Positions 28,274 through 39,009 of a stretch of DNA of 64,000 bases are shown here, in pieces; positions within the stretch are counted from its first letter, which is position 1; each line of letters begins with the position of its first letter. A model generated the notes under the pieces. The model was given only the letters and a program-made list of their open reading frames with translations. It was not told the origin of the DNA and did not search any database. Source of the stretch: Candidatus Poribacteria bacterium (GTDB lineage Bacteria > Poribacteria > WGA-4E > PCPOR2b). A program made the position numbers and the translations under genes. The DNA lies in NCBI GenBank assembly GCA_965208325.1, contig OZ242326.1, positions 800,001 to 864,000 on the forward strand. The letters are read 5' to 3'.

Positions 28274-30127
28274 CTACTGAACATCCGCCACAAGTTCCAA
28301 GAATTCCTCGGCATCAACGAATTTTTCAATGCGTTTCTGCTTTAATTGATTGCCCGTTGAATCATAAAAAATTACAACAGGCAATCCCACAATGCTGTAC
28401 TTTTCCTTTAACCGCTCGGATTCGTCTGAATTTTTAGTGAAGTCTAGTTTGATGTTAACAAATTGCGAAAGTTTCGATTGCACCGCGGGATGGGAGAATG
28501 TCTTGTGGTCTAGTTCTTTGCACGCAGCGCACCATGTTGCATAAAAATCCAGCATGGCGGGTTTCCCTTCGCTTCGGGCAATTTCTAATCCTCTTTCTTC
28601 GCTGGCAATCCAGTTTAAGTCGCTTTCCACCGCTGTCAGCCCGCCAATTATCATATACAATCCAAGAACTGCCAATACAATTCCAAAAGCCTTCCGAAAC
28701 CGCGCCAGACTTGACAGGTCTTTAAACCGTTGCGTAAATCGTCCCAATAATACACCGAGTAGCAGCAACACGCCGGCAATAACGAAAAATTCCCAAGAAT
28801 GTCTTAGGAAAGCTCGCAGCGGTTCGATTACGTCTTTGAGAAAATATAATGCTACCGTAATAATCGCGACACCAAATATGTTCTCCAGCACATACATCCA
28901 GGTACCGGATCTCGGTAGAATGACGCCGGAAAATGTACCGATTACGATGAACAGCAATCCCATACCGATGGCATATGTGAGCATCAGCCAAAATCCGAGA
29001 AAAATGTCGCTGGTAGTTGCAATGTAAGCAAGCACCGCACCCAATGCGGGGCCCGTGCAAGGTGCAGCGATTATTCCCGCCACGGTACCCATACCAAATG
29101 CGCCGGCAAATCCGACGCCTCCGACGCGATTTAGCTTGTTCTGCACTGCGTATGGAAGGCGAATCTCGTAAACGCCAAGCATTGCCAAGCCGAGCGCAAT
29201 TAAGATTACGCAAACCGGAATTATGACTCTTGCATCCGCCATCACTTCCCCAAAAACTGCTCCGGTTTGTGCGGCAGCCATACCGAGGATTGCATAAGTC
29301 AGAGCAATACCTAACACGTAGGTTACAGATAAAAGAAAAGACCTCCAGCGGTTGGTAGATCCACCTGCCCCAAACACGGAGACGGTAATCGGAATCAGTG
29401 GATATACACATGGTGTGAGGCTTGTGAGTATTCCGCCGCCAAACACCAAGAGAAACGCCCAAAAAAGACCTTTCGACAACGCTTGAGACAACTTCCCGCT
29501 CTCGCTGGTGGCAATCTCCGCACCACCCAAATTGTCAAATTTTATTTCAGAAAAAACCTCATCGTTAATGGGTTGGATCGACTCGTTTAATCCAACCACC
29601 TCAATTGGCACATCTACCGTGATAGTTTTTGGCAATCGACATGTTTCGTCGCTGCACGCTTGGTATTTCAATTGAAGAGGCAGTATTTTCTCACCCAGTT
29701 GAGCGGTTTTACTCAAGACTGCGTGGATGCCGATTGTCACTTTATCATGGTAGACAGGCACAGGGGCTTCGCCGAGGGACTCAATTTTCAATAGATCGCC
29801 CTGCGGATATACAATTTCTCCGAAAGTCACATCTGGTGTGTTCGGCGGATTAGCTTCCGTCGGAATCAGGTAATCGCCTCCGGAAGGATTCGCATTTGCG
29901 TGCCACCCTTCCGCAAAATCCATCACGAGACCTATGAGGAACATGCTGCCAGGTTGCACCTTATCGACCGACAACACACCATGCACTTTAACAACCTCGG
30001 TTGCGCCGCTATTTTTCTGCGGTAGTCCAAGGTTTGATTGCTGTGCTTCAGTAGTTACAGGCATGCCGATGTATTCGGAGAAATAAAGTAAGCACAGTCC
30101 GGCGACGAAAACCCACTTTCTAATCAT
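28274..30127 (-). CDS. dsbD: Protein-disulfide reductase DsbD (DsbD_N, CcdA-like TM, thioredoxin)
   Basis: YQACSDETC, SLTPCVYPLIP, AAPCTGP and DFYATWCAAC motifs. Confidence 0.93.
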   Translation of the reverse strand: MIRKWVFVAGLCLLYFSEYIGMPVTTEAQQSNLGLPQKNSGATEVVKVHGVLSVDKVQPGSMFLIGLVMDFAEGWHANANPSGGDYLIPTEANPPNTPDVTFGEIVYPQGDLLKIESLGEAPVPVYHDKVTIGIHAVLSKTAQLGEKILPLQLKYQACSDETCRLPKTITVDVPIEVVGLNESIQPINDEVFSEIKFDNLGGAEIATSESGKLSQALSKGLFWAFLLVFGGGILTSLTPCVYPLIPITVSVFGAGGSTNRWRSFLLSVTYVLGIALTYAILGMAAAQTGAVFGEVMADARVIIPVCVILIALGLAMLGVYEIRLPYAVQNKLNRVGGVGFAGAFGMGTVAGIIAAPCTGPALGAVLAYIATTSDIFLGFWLMLTYAIGMGLLFIVIGTFSGVILPRSGTWMYVLENIFGVAIITVALYFLKDVIEPLRAFLRHSWEFFVIAGVLLLLGVLLGRFTQRFKDLSSLARFRKAFGIVLAVLGLYMIIGGLTAVESDLNWIASEERGLEIARSEGKPAMLDFYATWCAACKELDHKTFSHPAVQSKLSQFVNIKLDFTKNSDESERLKEKYSIVGLPVVIFYDSTGNQLKQKRIEKFVDAEEFLELVADVQ

Positions 30128-30284
30128 CGTAAAGGCTCCAGTTGTGGATGAATTATATCATGCATTGGTGAACAGATTGCTGCGATGCGACTCACGGCGT
30201 CTCCCAGCTATGGTATACGCGCCAAATAGCAGGATTTTAAATGCTGGTTTTACTGCGAATCCATCAATAATTGCTGATCTGTTT

Positions 30285-30863
30285 CTAATTCTCGTGTCCC
30301 ATTCTCCCTGCGAGTTTCTTTATGACCGCGGCTTGCAATTCTCCACGGTATCTCAATCCGGGAGCCTTGGCGTTCTGCAGACTCAATAACAGGTGCGTCT
30401 TTAACTCCTCAAAGGATGCCCAGCGAGCGTCCGCAATTTCTTTTGTATCCACAGGTTGTAGGTTACCGCCGACTGCTTGAGCGGTAAACACATGCGAAGT
30501 CCAGAAAACTTCCGTATCTTCATACGAAAAGTTAACTAATACCTTCAGGAGATATTGCCGAAGTTGTATTTTTAATCCCGTCTCTTCGAATGCTTCCCGG
30601 TGAACTCCGGCTTCAAAATCCTCCCCCGGTTCGATACCGCCGCTAGGCGGACGGAATACATCGGGAGGATAGCTCGGTTTTCGGATAACGGCGATATTGT
30701 CTCCATCGAAGATAAACGGTGTTACATCATGAGCCCGTCCATGCCTCATACTCCATTCAAGCAACTCAAACGAGCGCTTGTCCATAGTATAATCAGTGCG
30801 AAGGATTTGGGGTACGCCGTACTTCCGTTCGATTTGATACAACACGTTCTTGGTGATATACAT
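30285..30863 (-). CDS. NUDIX hydrolase
   Basis: Nudix box GGIEPGEDFEAGVHREAFEETGL. Confidence 0.9.
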   Translation of the reverse strand: MYITKNVLYQIERKYGVPQILRTDYTMDKRSFELLEWSMRHGRAHDVTPFIFDGDNIAVIRKPSYPPDVFRPPSGGIEPGEDFEAGVHREAFEETGLKIQLRQYLLKVLVNFSYEDTEVFWTSHVFTAQAVGGNLQPVDTKEIADARWASFEELKTHLLLSLQNAKAPGLRYRGELQAAVIKKLAGRMGHEN

Positions 30864-30944
30864 GACGCTGCACTCAATCCGGACTCGTAAGGGGTAAACC
30901 GGAACGTAGAAAATGAAATGACTAATTTGCGGGGCACCAATTTG

Positions 30945-32273
30945 TTAAATTCCTGAAACAAATCGACCCGGACTAAAAAGATTGAGCGGATCAAGCCTTG
31001 ATTTAATCTGCTGCATTAACTTTAGGCTACTGCCGATTTGACCCCAAACGTCAACATGACGTTTAATTGACGTTGGAGCTGATTCGACAATCAGATTACC
31101 CCCAACATTTCGGGCGTGATTACGCAAACCAGCAATCACATTTGAAGCAAATTTTGCTGAGGCAGAGTCGGCTGAAGGTACAGAGAAGGCAAAATAAACT
31201 ACGCCGTTACCGATGAGTCCCAAGACTCGCAAGTCCAGCAAATCACTGCATTGATCGAGTGCCGCCGTGATGAATTTTTCTACGTCGGTCATTCGGAGAT
31301 GAGCTTTACAGACAACCATCTGAGGATTAGATTCGGGAAACGCCGACATTGATGTCCGGACATCTCGCTGATACGCGCCATCTTTAACTTCCACACCTGT
31401 TGCGTCATTTAGGTTCGCGGCGGCACGAATTTGATTCATCTGCCAATCTACAGTTTCGTGGTGGCCGTCTATTCCAATCACAAGGCAGGGATCGACAATG
31501 TCAACCGATGGGGCGCCCCCGACAATCAAATTTAGAAAGATTGGCAAAAGTTGGGAATCCGCTATCTCAATAGCTGCGCGTGAAGCTTGTGTAACGCTCT
31601 TGAAGGTAATTAACATGGTTCGCTCGACCTCTGGCAACGGGTTCAGCTTGAAGGTAATTTCCGTAATGATGCCTAAGGTGCCGAACGATCCAATGTACAA
31701 CTTATTGAGATCGTACCCTGCAACATTTTTTACAACCTTTCCGCCGCATTTTACGGCGGCACCGTTCGACTGCACAAGTTGCATACCAAGCACACGATTC
31801 CGGGAATTGCCATAGTAGAGTGATGATGGGCCGCTAGAATTTGCCGCGACAATACCGCCGAGCGTTGCCCGATTAAGGTACGGTGGATCGAAAGGCAGAC
31901 ACTGCCCGTTTTCCGCTAGTTTAGCCTGAAGGTCGGCAAGCCGAACTCCAGATTGTACTGTGGCGGTTAAATCACCCGGCTCGTATTCGAGCACCTCGTT
32001 AAGGCCTAACGTCGAAACAACCAGATAGACGCGCTCAGGGGGATTCCCAATACCCAACTTCGTACCGCTGCCAGCGGGAATAACAGAGAACTTGTTGTCA
32101 GCGGCGTAATTCAAGACATCTCGAATTTCACCGACGGAAGCAGGGAAAGCAACTGCTTTGGGTAGTAGGTCGTCAACACCATACAGATTATTTTGATCGT
32201 TGGGCCGTATACCGTTTTCGCCAACGAGTTGGCTCAAATCGACGCGCAGCCGGTTATTGGCAGGTTCAGTCAT
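30945..32273 (-). CDS. glcE: Glycolate oxidase FAD-binding subunit GlcE-like
   Basis: GSGTK, YEPGDLTATVQSG, ATLGG, GGKVVKNVAGYDL and KSRLDPLNLFSPGR motifs. Confidence 0.88.
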   Translation of the reverse strand: MTEPANNRLRVDLSQLVGENGIRPNDQNNLYGVDDLLPKAVAFPASVGEIRDVLNYAADNKFSVIPAGSGTKLGIGNPPERVYLVVSTLGLNEVLEYEPGDLTATVQSGVRLADLQAKLAENGQCLPFDPPYLNRATLGGIVAANSSGPSSLYYGNSRNRVLGMQLVQSNGAAVKCGGKVVKNVAGYDLNKLYIGSFGTLGIITEITFKLNPLPEVERTMLITFKSVTQASRAAIEIADSQLLPIFLNLIVGGAPSVDIVDPCLVIGIDGHHETVDWQMNQIRAAANLNDATGVEVKDGAYQRDVRTSMSAFPESNPQMVVCKAHLRMTDVEKFITAALDQCSDLLDLRVLGLIGNGVVYFAFSVPSADSASAKFASNVIAGLRNHARNVGGNLIVESAPTSIKRHVDVWGQIGSSLKLMQQIKSRLDPLNLFSPGRFVSGI

Positions 32274-32368
32274 CTTGAGATAAAATAGCTGGAAAAGAAG
32301 TTTTCACTTCTTCTTTTCATTCTTTCTTCATCAACAGGGAATGATTCACTGTTACGGAACTCTTCACA

Positions 32369-33793
32369 TTAAACAGTTGGGCTTTCAATCCCAAGCTTCA
32401 CATAGGATTCCGTGGTTGGGAAAATTTTGCCGGGATTGCACAGTTTTGAGGGATTAAAAATGTCTCTGACGGTTGTCATCACTAAGAGGTCCTCCGGGCT
32501 ATAAATCAGCGGCATGTAATCCATCTTTTCAACTCCGATGCCATGCTCACCCGTGATTGTGCCTCCGACTTCAGCGCACACTGTCAGAATCTCCATGTTT
32601 ACCGCATCAACCCGTTCGCACTGGTCGGGATCCCGCTCATCGAAAAGAACGACGGGATGGATATTACCGTCTCCTGCATGAAAAACATTAGCTATAGGAA
32701 TGCTGTATTTTTCAGAGATTTCTGCAACGCGGCGGAGCACCTTGGGTAGTTGGGTGCGAGGCACTACACCGTCTTGCGTGATGTAACTTGGCGCGAGCCG
32801 ACCGAACGAACCAAAAGCGCTCTTGCGTGATTTCCAAATGTTCTGCCGGTCTGTTTCATCTTTCGCGCGATGAATTTCACGGCAGTTGTGGGAATTGAAG
32901 ATTTCAGTGATCTGTTCGGCCTGATGCCGCATTCCCGCACTGATACCGTCTAATTCAACGATGAGAACTGCGCCGGCATCAAGCGGAAAACCCCAATGAA
33001 AGGCTTCCTCAACCGTTTTGATTACCAAGCTGTCCATCATTTCAAGGGCAGCCGGGATCATTCCCGCACCAATAATTTTGGACACTGCGCTTGATGCATC
33101 ATCAATGGTTTCAAATACTCCCAACAATGTTTGATAGGCTTGCGGTTTGCGCGTGAGCCGTACAATTGCCTTTGTGACGATTCCAAATGTCCCTTCACAG
33201 CCTACCATCAATCCGCGAAGATCGTAACCCGGCGTCTCTTCAACATAACCCCCAAATTCAACGATTTCCCCGTCAGGCATCACGACTTCTAGGCCGGTTA
33301 CGTGGTCCGTCGTAACACCGTACTTTAGAGTGTGAGGCCCCCCTGAGTTCTCTGCGATGTTACCACCGATTGTGCAGGCTTTTTGGCTGGATGGATCCGG
33401 AGCGAAATAGTAACCCCGATCTTCTACCGCCTGGGTTAGCAGAAGATTAACGACACCCGGTTCAACTACTGCACGTTGATTCTTGACATCAATTTCGAGA
33501 ATACGGTCCATTCGATTTAGAGCGATGATAATGCCGCCGTTGACAGGAAGCATACCCCCACTTAAACCGGTACCGCCGCCCCGTGCGATAAAAGGCACAC
33601 TGAACTTATTGGCGAGCCTTACAATCTTTGAGACATGCTCTGTCGATTCAGCGAACACCACGATATCAGGTGACGCCTTAAACAGTGTTGCTCCGTCGCA
33701 CTCATAGACTGAAAGCGCAGTTGAATCAGTGAGAACATTTGCCGCCCCGACAAGATCTGATAATTCAGAAGTTATGCGATTTTTTTCTATCAT
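32369..33793 (-). CDS. glcD: Glycolate oxidase FAD-linked subunit GlcD
   Basis: RGGGTGLSGG, APDPSSQKACTIGGN, HAGDGNIHP, TGEHGIG and NPGK motifs. Confidence 0.92.
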   Translation of the reverse strand: MIEKNRITSELSDLVGAANVLTDSTALSVYECDGATLFKASPDIVVFAESTEHVSKIVRLANKFSVPFIARGGGTGLSGGMLPVNGGIIIALNRMDRILEIDVKNQRAVVEPGVVNLLLTQAVEDRGYYFAPDPSSQKACTIGGNIAENSGGPHTLKYGVTTDHVTGLEVVMPDGEIVEFGGYVEETPGYDLRGLMVGCEGTFGIVTKAIVRLTRKPQAYQTLLGVFETIDDASSAVSKIIGAGMIPAALEMMDSLVIKTVEEAFHWGFPLDAGAVLIVELDGISAGMRHQAEQITEIFNSHNCREIHRAKDETDRQNIWKSRKSAFGSFGRLAPSYITQDGVVPRTQLPKVLRRVAEISEKYSIPIANVFHAGDGNIHPVVLFDERDPDQCERVDAVNMEILTVCAEVGGTITGEHGIGVEKMDYMPLIYSPEDLLVMTTVRDIFNPSKLCNPGKIFPTTESYVKLGIESPTV

Positions 33794-34013
33794 CTAAGAT
33801 GCCTCCAAGTCGTGTCCAAAGTCACCCATTAACGTATTGTTTTGAACACGAATTATCTTGCAATTGTGTATTTTCCAATTGGAATGCTTAAATTTTGATC
33901 GGCAGTGCAACGCGACTCAACATTGGACGGCGTACAAATTTTTGTTTGCACTATCGGCAAAATTAGGAAATATTACGTAAACAATCCGTCAGTCGCGTCA
34001 AGTTATTGGCTTT

Positions 34014-37000
34014 TCAAACATAGCTGTTAAATTTTCGCTGTTCCCCGACACGAGTAGTACGATTGCTGGGCTTAACGGAATTACTGCCGAAGAGTTCTTC
34101 AATTTGTGAGATTAGCTTGGGTTGAAATGGAATGCTGTAGCGGTCGTCGCACTTAGCAATAACCTCCCCATACTTGGGGCTCATCAGATGCAGGATGAGG
34201 TCACATTTGCCGCTGTTCTGTAAGCAGAGGTCTTTTAAAGCACCAATCTTCTCCTTTTCATTGATGTCTGATTCCGGAATGGTAACTTCGACAGCCGATG
34301 TCATTTTATCGACGACCTGATCGATTGGCTGTACTTCAGAAGCCTGAATTTGACGTACGTCTTCTTCCATTTCATCGTCATTTCGCTGATTTCTCTGTCT
34401 TCCAGAACCGACATTGCCGCGTATCCATACGATATTCCCTGCATCTATAGCGGACCTTGCATTCTTGTAAGCTTCCGGAAACACAACGACATCAGTGGCA
34501 CCTTCCAAATCTTCGATGACCATAATTGCCATTGGCTCGCCCTTTTTGGTATCGGTGAGATGCACTGAAGCTATTAAACCTGCCACGTATACTTCGGTGC
34601 CGTTGAAGTGTTCAACAAGGGATTGGCTGGACGCAGTTGTATAATATTTGAGGACATCGTCGTGTGCTTCCAATGGATGCCCGGAGAGATAGAAACCTAG
34701 TTGCTCCTTTTCATTCCTAAGCAGTTCATTATATGACCACGGCGGCACGTCATCAAGCACAATCTGTGAAATTGGCATGACCTGTTCACCCGCGCCAAAA
34801 AGGTTCATCTGCCCCTTTTCACGATCGGATTGCGTGCTTTGCGCCATTTTCATCACTTGCTCCAAGTTCGCCAAGTGTTGGGCTCTGTGTCCTTCAAATG
34901 AATCAAATGCACCTGCCATAATCAGGCTTTCAATAACTCGTTTGCTTACGGACTTTGAATCAACGCGTTCGCAGAAATCTTGCAGCGACGTGAATGAACC
35001 ATCCTGTTCTCGGGCTTTCACTATGGCTTCAATCGCCCCTTCATTGACATTCTTGACCGCAGCTAACCCAAAGCGAATGTCCTCACCGTCAACGGTGAAG
35101 TCCCAACCGCTGCTGTTCACGTCGGGCGGCAGCACGTCCATCTTTATGTTAAGAAACTCGGATAATTCTCGGCATTCAGCGATATACTTCACGATCTTTT
35201 CACTAGAACCGGATTCGCCGCTCATCATTGACGACATGAACTCGCGGGGATAGTGAGTTTTCAGATAGGCTGTCTGATACGACATAATCGAATAAGCGAC
35301 TGTGTGTGCACGGTTAAACGCGTATCGCCCGAACGGTTCAAGATAGTCGAATATTTCCTCTGCCTTTGCCGCTTTGATTCCATTATTTACAGCGCCGTCA
35401 ATGAATTTTGCGCGTTGCATTTTGACAATATCCATTTTCTTTTTGCTCATTGCATCGCAGAGAACGGCGGCTTCGCCAAGCGTAAATCCTGCCATATCCC
35501 GAGCAATTTGCATCACCTGTTCTTGATAGATGCATACGCCGTAGGTATTCTTCAGTGCATTTTCCAATGTTGGATGAAGAGATGTCGCCTTTTCAACCTT
35601 AAGTTTTCGGCGGATGTATTGATCCATCATACCGCTGTCAAGGGGGCCGGGCCGGTAAAGCGCAGAAATCGGTATGAAATCCTCAAAGTTGTTGGGTTTA
35701 ATCTGCATGATGAGGCGGCGCATTCCCGGTGAGGTTTCCAACTGAAATAGTCCCGCGACAAGGCCGTGGCTAATAAGCTCGTATGTTTTTTCGTCATCGA
35801 GTGGAATCTCTTCGAGCACAAGTTCAACACCGTGCCGCTCCTTAATCTGTGCGAGACAGTGAAAAACTTCACTCAACGTTCGTAGGCCGAGCAAGTCGAA
35901 TTTGACCATGCCGACATCTTCAAGCATCTTGAGATTGTATTGTGTTGCAATGCGGTCGTTCTTGTCTTTGAAAAGCGGGACATATTCAGTAAGTGGACCG
36001 TTTGCCAAAACAATGCCGCATGCGTGGATTGAAACATGCCGCTTCATGCCCTCAATCGACCTAGCGACCTTCATCATATCGCGATTGTCCGCGGCATCGG
36101 CAAGCTCCTGAAACCGCGGAACATTTTCCAACGACTCGTTGAGCGTGACCCCCGGAACGGTGGGAATCAATTGCGTCACTCTGCGAACATCCGAGACCGG
36201 CATGTCGAGTGCACGACCGACATCAGTAACAGCCGCTTTTGCAGCGAACGTACTAAATGTTGCGACTTGTCCAACGCACTCAGCCCCGTACTTTTCCGTT
36301 AGGTAATCAATTACAATTTTGCGGTGTTCATCGCTGAAGTCGACGTCAATATCTGGCAGGCTAACGCGTTCAAGATTTAGGAATCGCTCGAACAGACAAT
36401 CGTATTCTATCGGATTGTAGGTTGTCACCCCAAGCGCATACATCGCCAAACTGCCACCTGACGATCCGCGGCCGATGAAGGGAATGTTCTGCTTTCGTGC
36501 AAAGCTGGCATAATCCCAAACAATCAGAAAATAGCCGGCGTATCCTGTTTTTTGGATTACCTCCAGTTCATTGTCCAGCCGCGTTTTCATCTCGGTCGAG
36601 ATTTCACCGTACTTTTGACGGAGTGCCGTATGGCAAAGTTCCGCAAGGTAAGAATCTGCGGTGTAACCGTCGGGAACTTCGTATTTCGGCATAATGTGTT
36701 CCCCATAGTCGAGTTCAAGCTGGCAGCGTTTGGCAATCTCAAGCGTATTGGTAATCGCTTCGGGTGGAAAATCTCTTAACGCCTCATGCATCTCATCCGT
36801 GTTCTTAAAGTAGAACTCGTTGCGAAAGCGGAGCCGATTTTCTTCATTCACCGTACGTTTCATCTGGATACACAATAACACATCATGCATCGTGTGATCC
36901 GATGCGTCAAGGTAATGGCAATCGTTTGTCCCGACGATAGGCAGACCATGTTCCTGTGCGAGCTGCACCATCACCTCATAGGCACGTTTCTCCTCGGGAA

Positions 37001-37541
37001 TACCGTGGTTCTGAACTTCGACGTATAAGTTGCCACGCCCCATGACATCCTGAAGCACCCTGAAATTCTTTACCGCCGTTTCGCGCTGGTTAGATGCCAA
37101 TAACGCCGGGACATACCCCTGTATACATCCTGTCAGCGCGATGATGCCGTCACGGTATTCGCGTAAGATTTCCATATCGATTCTCGGCTTTGAATAAAAC
37201 CCTTCAAGATAGCCGAGCGAAACAAGCTTCATTAGGTTTCGATAGCCTGTGGCATTCTCCGCAAGCAAGGTCAGGTGATAGGGGCTGCCTTGCTCTTTTC
37301 CGCGCTCGTGCCGGCTTTCAGGGGCGACATAGACCTCACATCCAACAATCGGATTGACGCCTTTTTCCTTCGCCTGCCTGTAAAACTCCCACGTACCAAA
37401 CATGTTGCCATGGTCAGTCAGTGCAACTGCCTGAGTACTCGTTTGATAAGCCCAGTCAATCATGTCCGAGATTCGGCATGCACCATCTAGCAGGCTGTAT
37501 TCGCTGTGATTATGTAGATGAATAAACTCTGGAATTGACAT
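34014..37541 (-). CDS. dnaE: DNA polymerase III alpha subunit
   Basis: PHP domain HLHNHSEYSLLDG, FERFLN.ER..PDIDVD, KFDLLGL and an OB fold. At 1175 aa there is no room for an intein. Confidence 0.98.
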   Translation of the reverse strand: MSIPEFIHLHNHSEYSLLDGACRISDMIDWAYQTSTQAVALTDHGNMFGTWEFYRQAKEKGVNPIVGCEVYVAPESRHERGKEQGSPYHLTLLAENATGYRNLMKLVSLGYLEGFYSKPRIDMEILREYRDGIIALTGCIQGYVPALLASNQRETAVKNFRVLQDVMGRGNLYVEVQNHGIPEEKRAYEVMVQLAQEHGLPIVGTNDCHYLDASDHTMHDVLLCIQMKRTVNEENRLRFRNEFYFKNTDEMHEALRDFPPEAITNTLEIAKRCQLELDYGEHIMPKYEVPDGYTADSYLAELCHTALRQKYGEISTEMKTRLDNELEVIQKTGYAGYFLIVWDYASFARKQNIPFIGRGSSGGSLAMYALGVTTYNPIEYDCLFERFLNLERVSLPDIDVDFSDEHRKIVIDYLTEKYGAECVGQVATFSTFAAKAAVTDVGRALDMPVSDVRRVTQLIPTVPGVTLNESLENVPRFQELADAADNRDMMKVARSIEGMKRHVSIHACGIVLANGPLTEYVPLFKDKNDRIATQYNLKMLEDVGMVKFDLLGLRTLSEVFHCLAQIKERHGVELVLEEIPLDDEKTYELISHGLVAGLFQLETSPGMRRLIMQIKPNNFEDFIPISALYRPGPLDSGMMDQYIRRKLKVEKATSLHPTLENALKNTYGVCIYQEQVMQIARDMAGFTLGEAAVLCDAMSKKKMDIVKMQRAKFIDGAVNNGIKAAKAEEIFDYLEPFGRYAFNRAHTVAYSIMSYQTAYLKTHYPREFMSSMMSGESGSSEKIVKYIAECRELSEFLNIKMDVLPPDVNSSGWDFTVDGEDIRFGLAAVKNVNEGAIEAIVKAREQDGSFTSLQDFCERVDSKSVSKRVIESLIMAGAFDSFEGHRAQHLANLEQVMKMAQSTQSDREKGQMNLFGAGEQVMPISQIVLDDVPPWSYNELLRNEKEQLGFYLSGHPLEAHDDVLKYYTTASSQSLVEHFNGTEVYVAGLIASVHLTDTKKGEPMAIMVIEDLEGATDVVVFPEAYKNARSAIDAGNIVWIRGNVGSGRQRNQRNDDEMEEDVRQIQASEVQPIDQVVDKMTSAVEVTIPESDINEKEKIGALKDLCLQNSGKCDLILHLMSPKYGEVIAKCDDRYSIPFQPKLISQIEELFGSNSVKPSNRTTRVGEQRKFNSYV

Positions 37542-37740
37542 TTCTCACCGTTAGCTATTGGAGTTTGACATTCGTGGTTTTTGGAAGGCAGCAAATGTGA
37601 ATGTTGCAGAAAAAAATTAACAGATGTATTTTTTCACTGTTTTGCAACTTTTGAGAAACGTATGATGTCTTAATCCATTTTGATTTACCTTGCTGACACG
37701 TTTTTTACACCGCCAACTTGTTTGGTCCGATGGAATTCTA

Positions 37741-38568
37741 TTACCGCCGCTTAGGAGGCGGAAGCCGCCTCTTAACCTCGCGGAAGCGAAGAGAATCCTT
37801 ACGGAGATTGGGCTTGCGCGGTTGACGAGCAATTTGGGTGCGCACATTCTGAATTCGTTCATCAGTCGGGGGATGGGTGGAAAAAAACTGTTCAAGTTGA
37901 CCCGGTTGTCTTTTATGTAATTGGCGAAGCGTTTCAAAAAACGTTGCTATACCTGCCGGGTCGATACCGGCATCCCACATTTGACGGACAGCGTAAGCGT
38001 CAGCTTCTCTTTCAGCATCGCGGCTGTATTTCATCAGCGCGCCAGTCCTGGCGATTGTGCCCGCAAGCCTCTCCAATTCGTTTGGATTTTTACCCAGGAC
38101 TATCTGTTCCAAAGCTGCAAACCCGAGCTGTTTGGTCAACTGCTTTGCACCGTGACTGCCCACAACATGGCCAATCTCGTGCCCCATCACCCCCGCTAAC
38201 TCGGCCTCATTTTCAGCAGCTCGGATGAGTCCAAGGTTGACGTATACATAGCCGCCGGGTAACGCAAAAGCATTTACCTCTTCGGCGTCAACTACTTTGA
38301 AATGATAAGCGATGTCTGTCCGTTTAGAGTGCCGAACGAGACGCGCACCCAGTTGCCTGATGTATTCGCTAACGACAGGGTCCCGCTTATACAGCGTAAG
38401 ATCTTTTTCAATCTCTTTCGAGAAACGACTCCCAAGCTCTACCTCATCTTCATCATTGAAAATATTGACATCGCTTAATACTGCGGCGCAATTCGATAAT
38501 CCACCGACTAAAATCACTGCGAATATGAGGTGCATGGTCATTGGGACGCGGAAACATATTTTTCGCAT
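37741..38568 (-). CDS. M48 family zinc metalloprotease lipoprotein (BepA/YfgC-like)
   Basis: LSNC lipobox, NAFALPGG, HEIGH, EREAD and FSTHP motifs. Confidence 0.92.
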   Translation of the reverse strand: MRKICFRVPMTMHLIFAVILVGGLSNCAAVLSDVNIFNDEDEVELGSRFSKEIEKDLTLYKRDPVVSEYIRQLGARLVRHSKRTDIAYHFKVVDAEEVNAFALPGGYVYVNLGLIRAAENEAELAGVMGHEIGHVVGSHGAKQLTKQLGFAALEQIVLGKNPNELERLAGTIARTGALMKYSRDAEREADAYAVRQMWDAGIDPAGIATFFETLRQLHKRQPGQLEQFFSTHPPTDERIQNVRTQIARQPRKPNLRKDSLRFREVKRRLPPPKRR

Positions 38569-38726
38569 TGAAGAACTGCACCTATAGGAGAGTTATACCC
38601 GTTGTATTAAATTTGCGCCTGGCTCGAATTAACCGTGAGTTTCGAGTAATTTCAATAAGAAAGTTGATTGCTTATTATTCATAGCGTTTTTATCAGACAT
38701 CTTTCCAAAATAATTCCACCGCCCGA

Positions 38727-38798
38727 TAGCCCCAGAGGGGCGACAGTTATATAGAAGTCAATGTTAAACATTAATATCTAGCCCCAGCGGGGCGGCAG
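38727..38798 (+). repeat. Two palindromic REP-like direct repeats
   Basis: TAGCCCCAGAGGGGCGACAG (38727-38746) and TAGCCCCAGCGGGGCGGCAG (38779-38798), 18/20 identical. Confidence 0.7.
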
Positions 38799-38835
38799 GT
38801 GTAAAACGACTACCCTTATGTTGGACCAATACGCT

Positions 38836-38860
38836 GTAGGGGCAACCCTTGTGGTTGCCC
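38836..38860 (+). repeat. GTAG-type REP
   Basis: GTAG followed by the palindrome GGGCAACC-CTTGT-GGTTGCCC. Confidence 0.75.
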
Positions 38861-39009
38861 TTAACGATTCGGTTTTGTCAATCACATTGAGTTAATTAGG
38901 TAAGATGTCTATTGATTTATAGGCGATATTATAACCGATTTTCGAATGGCTGTAAAGCGGTGCGTTTGTCTAAACAAAAACTCCCAACAAACTAATGAGA
39001 CTATTGAAT

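Larger units (their letters stand above)
38695..38910. mobile_element. MITE-like element with imperfect 22-bp terminal inverted repeats, carrying REP sequences
   Basis: AGACATCTTTCCAAAATAATTC (38695-38716) matches the reverse complement of 38889-38910 (AGACATCTTACCTAATTAACTC) at 18/22. Confidence 0.5.

Noticed and set aside
34014..37541. Intein in dnaE
   Set aside because: Normal length with continuous motifs and no C...HN splice signature.
38727..38798. Possible CRISPR mini-array (two repeats 52 nt apart)
   Set aside because: Only two 20-nt repeats, no cas genes in the window, and the sequence fits REP-type palindromes.
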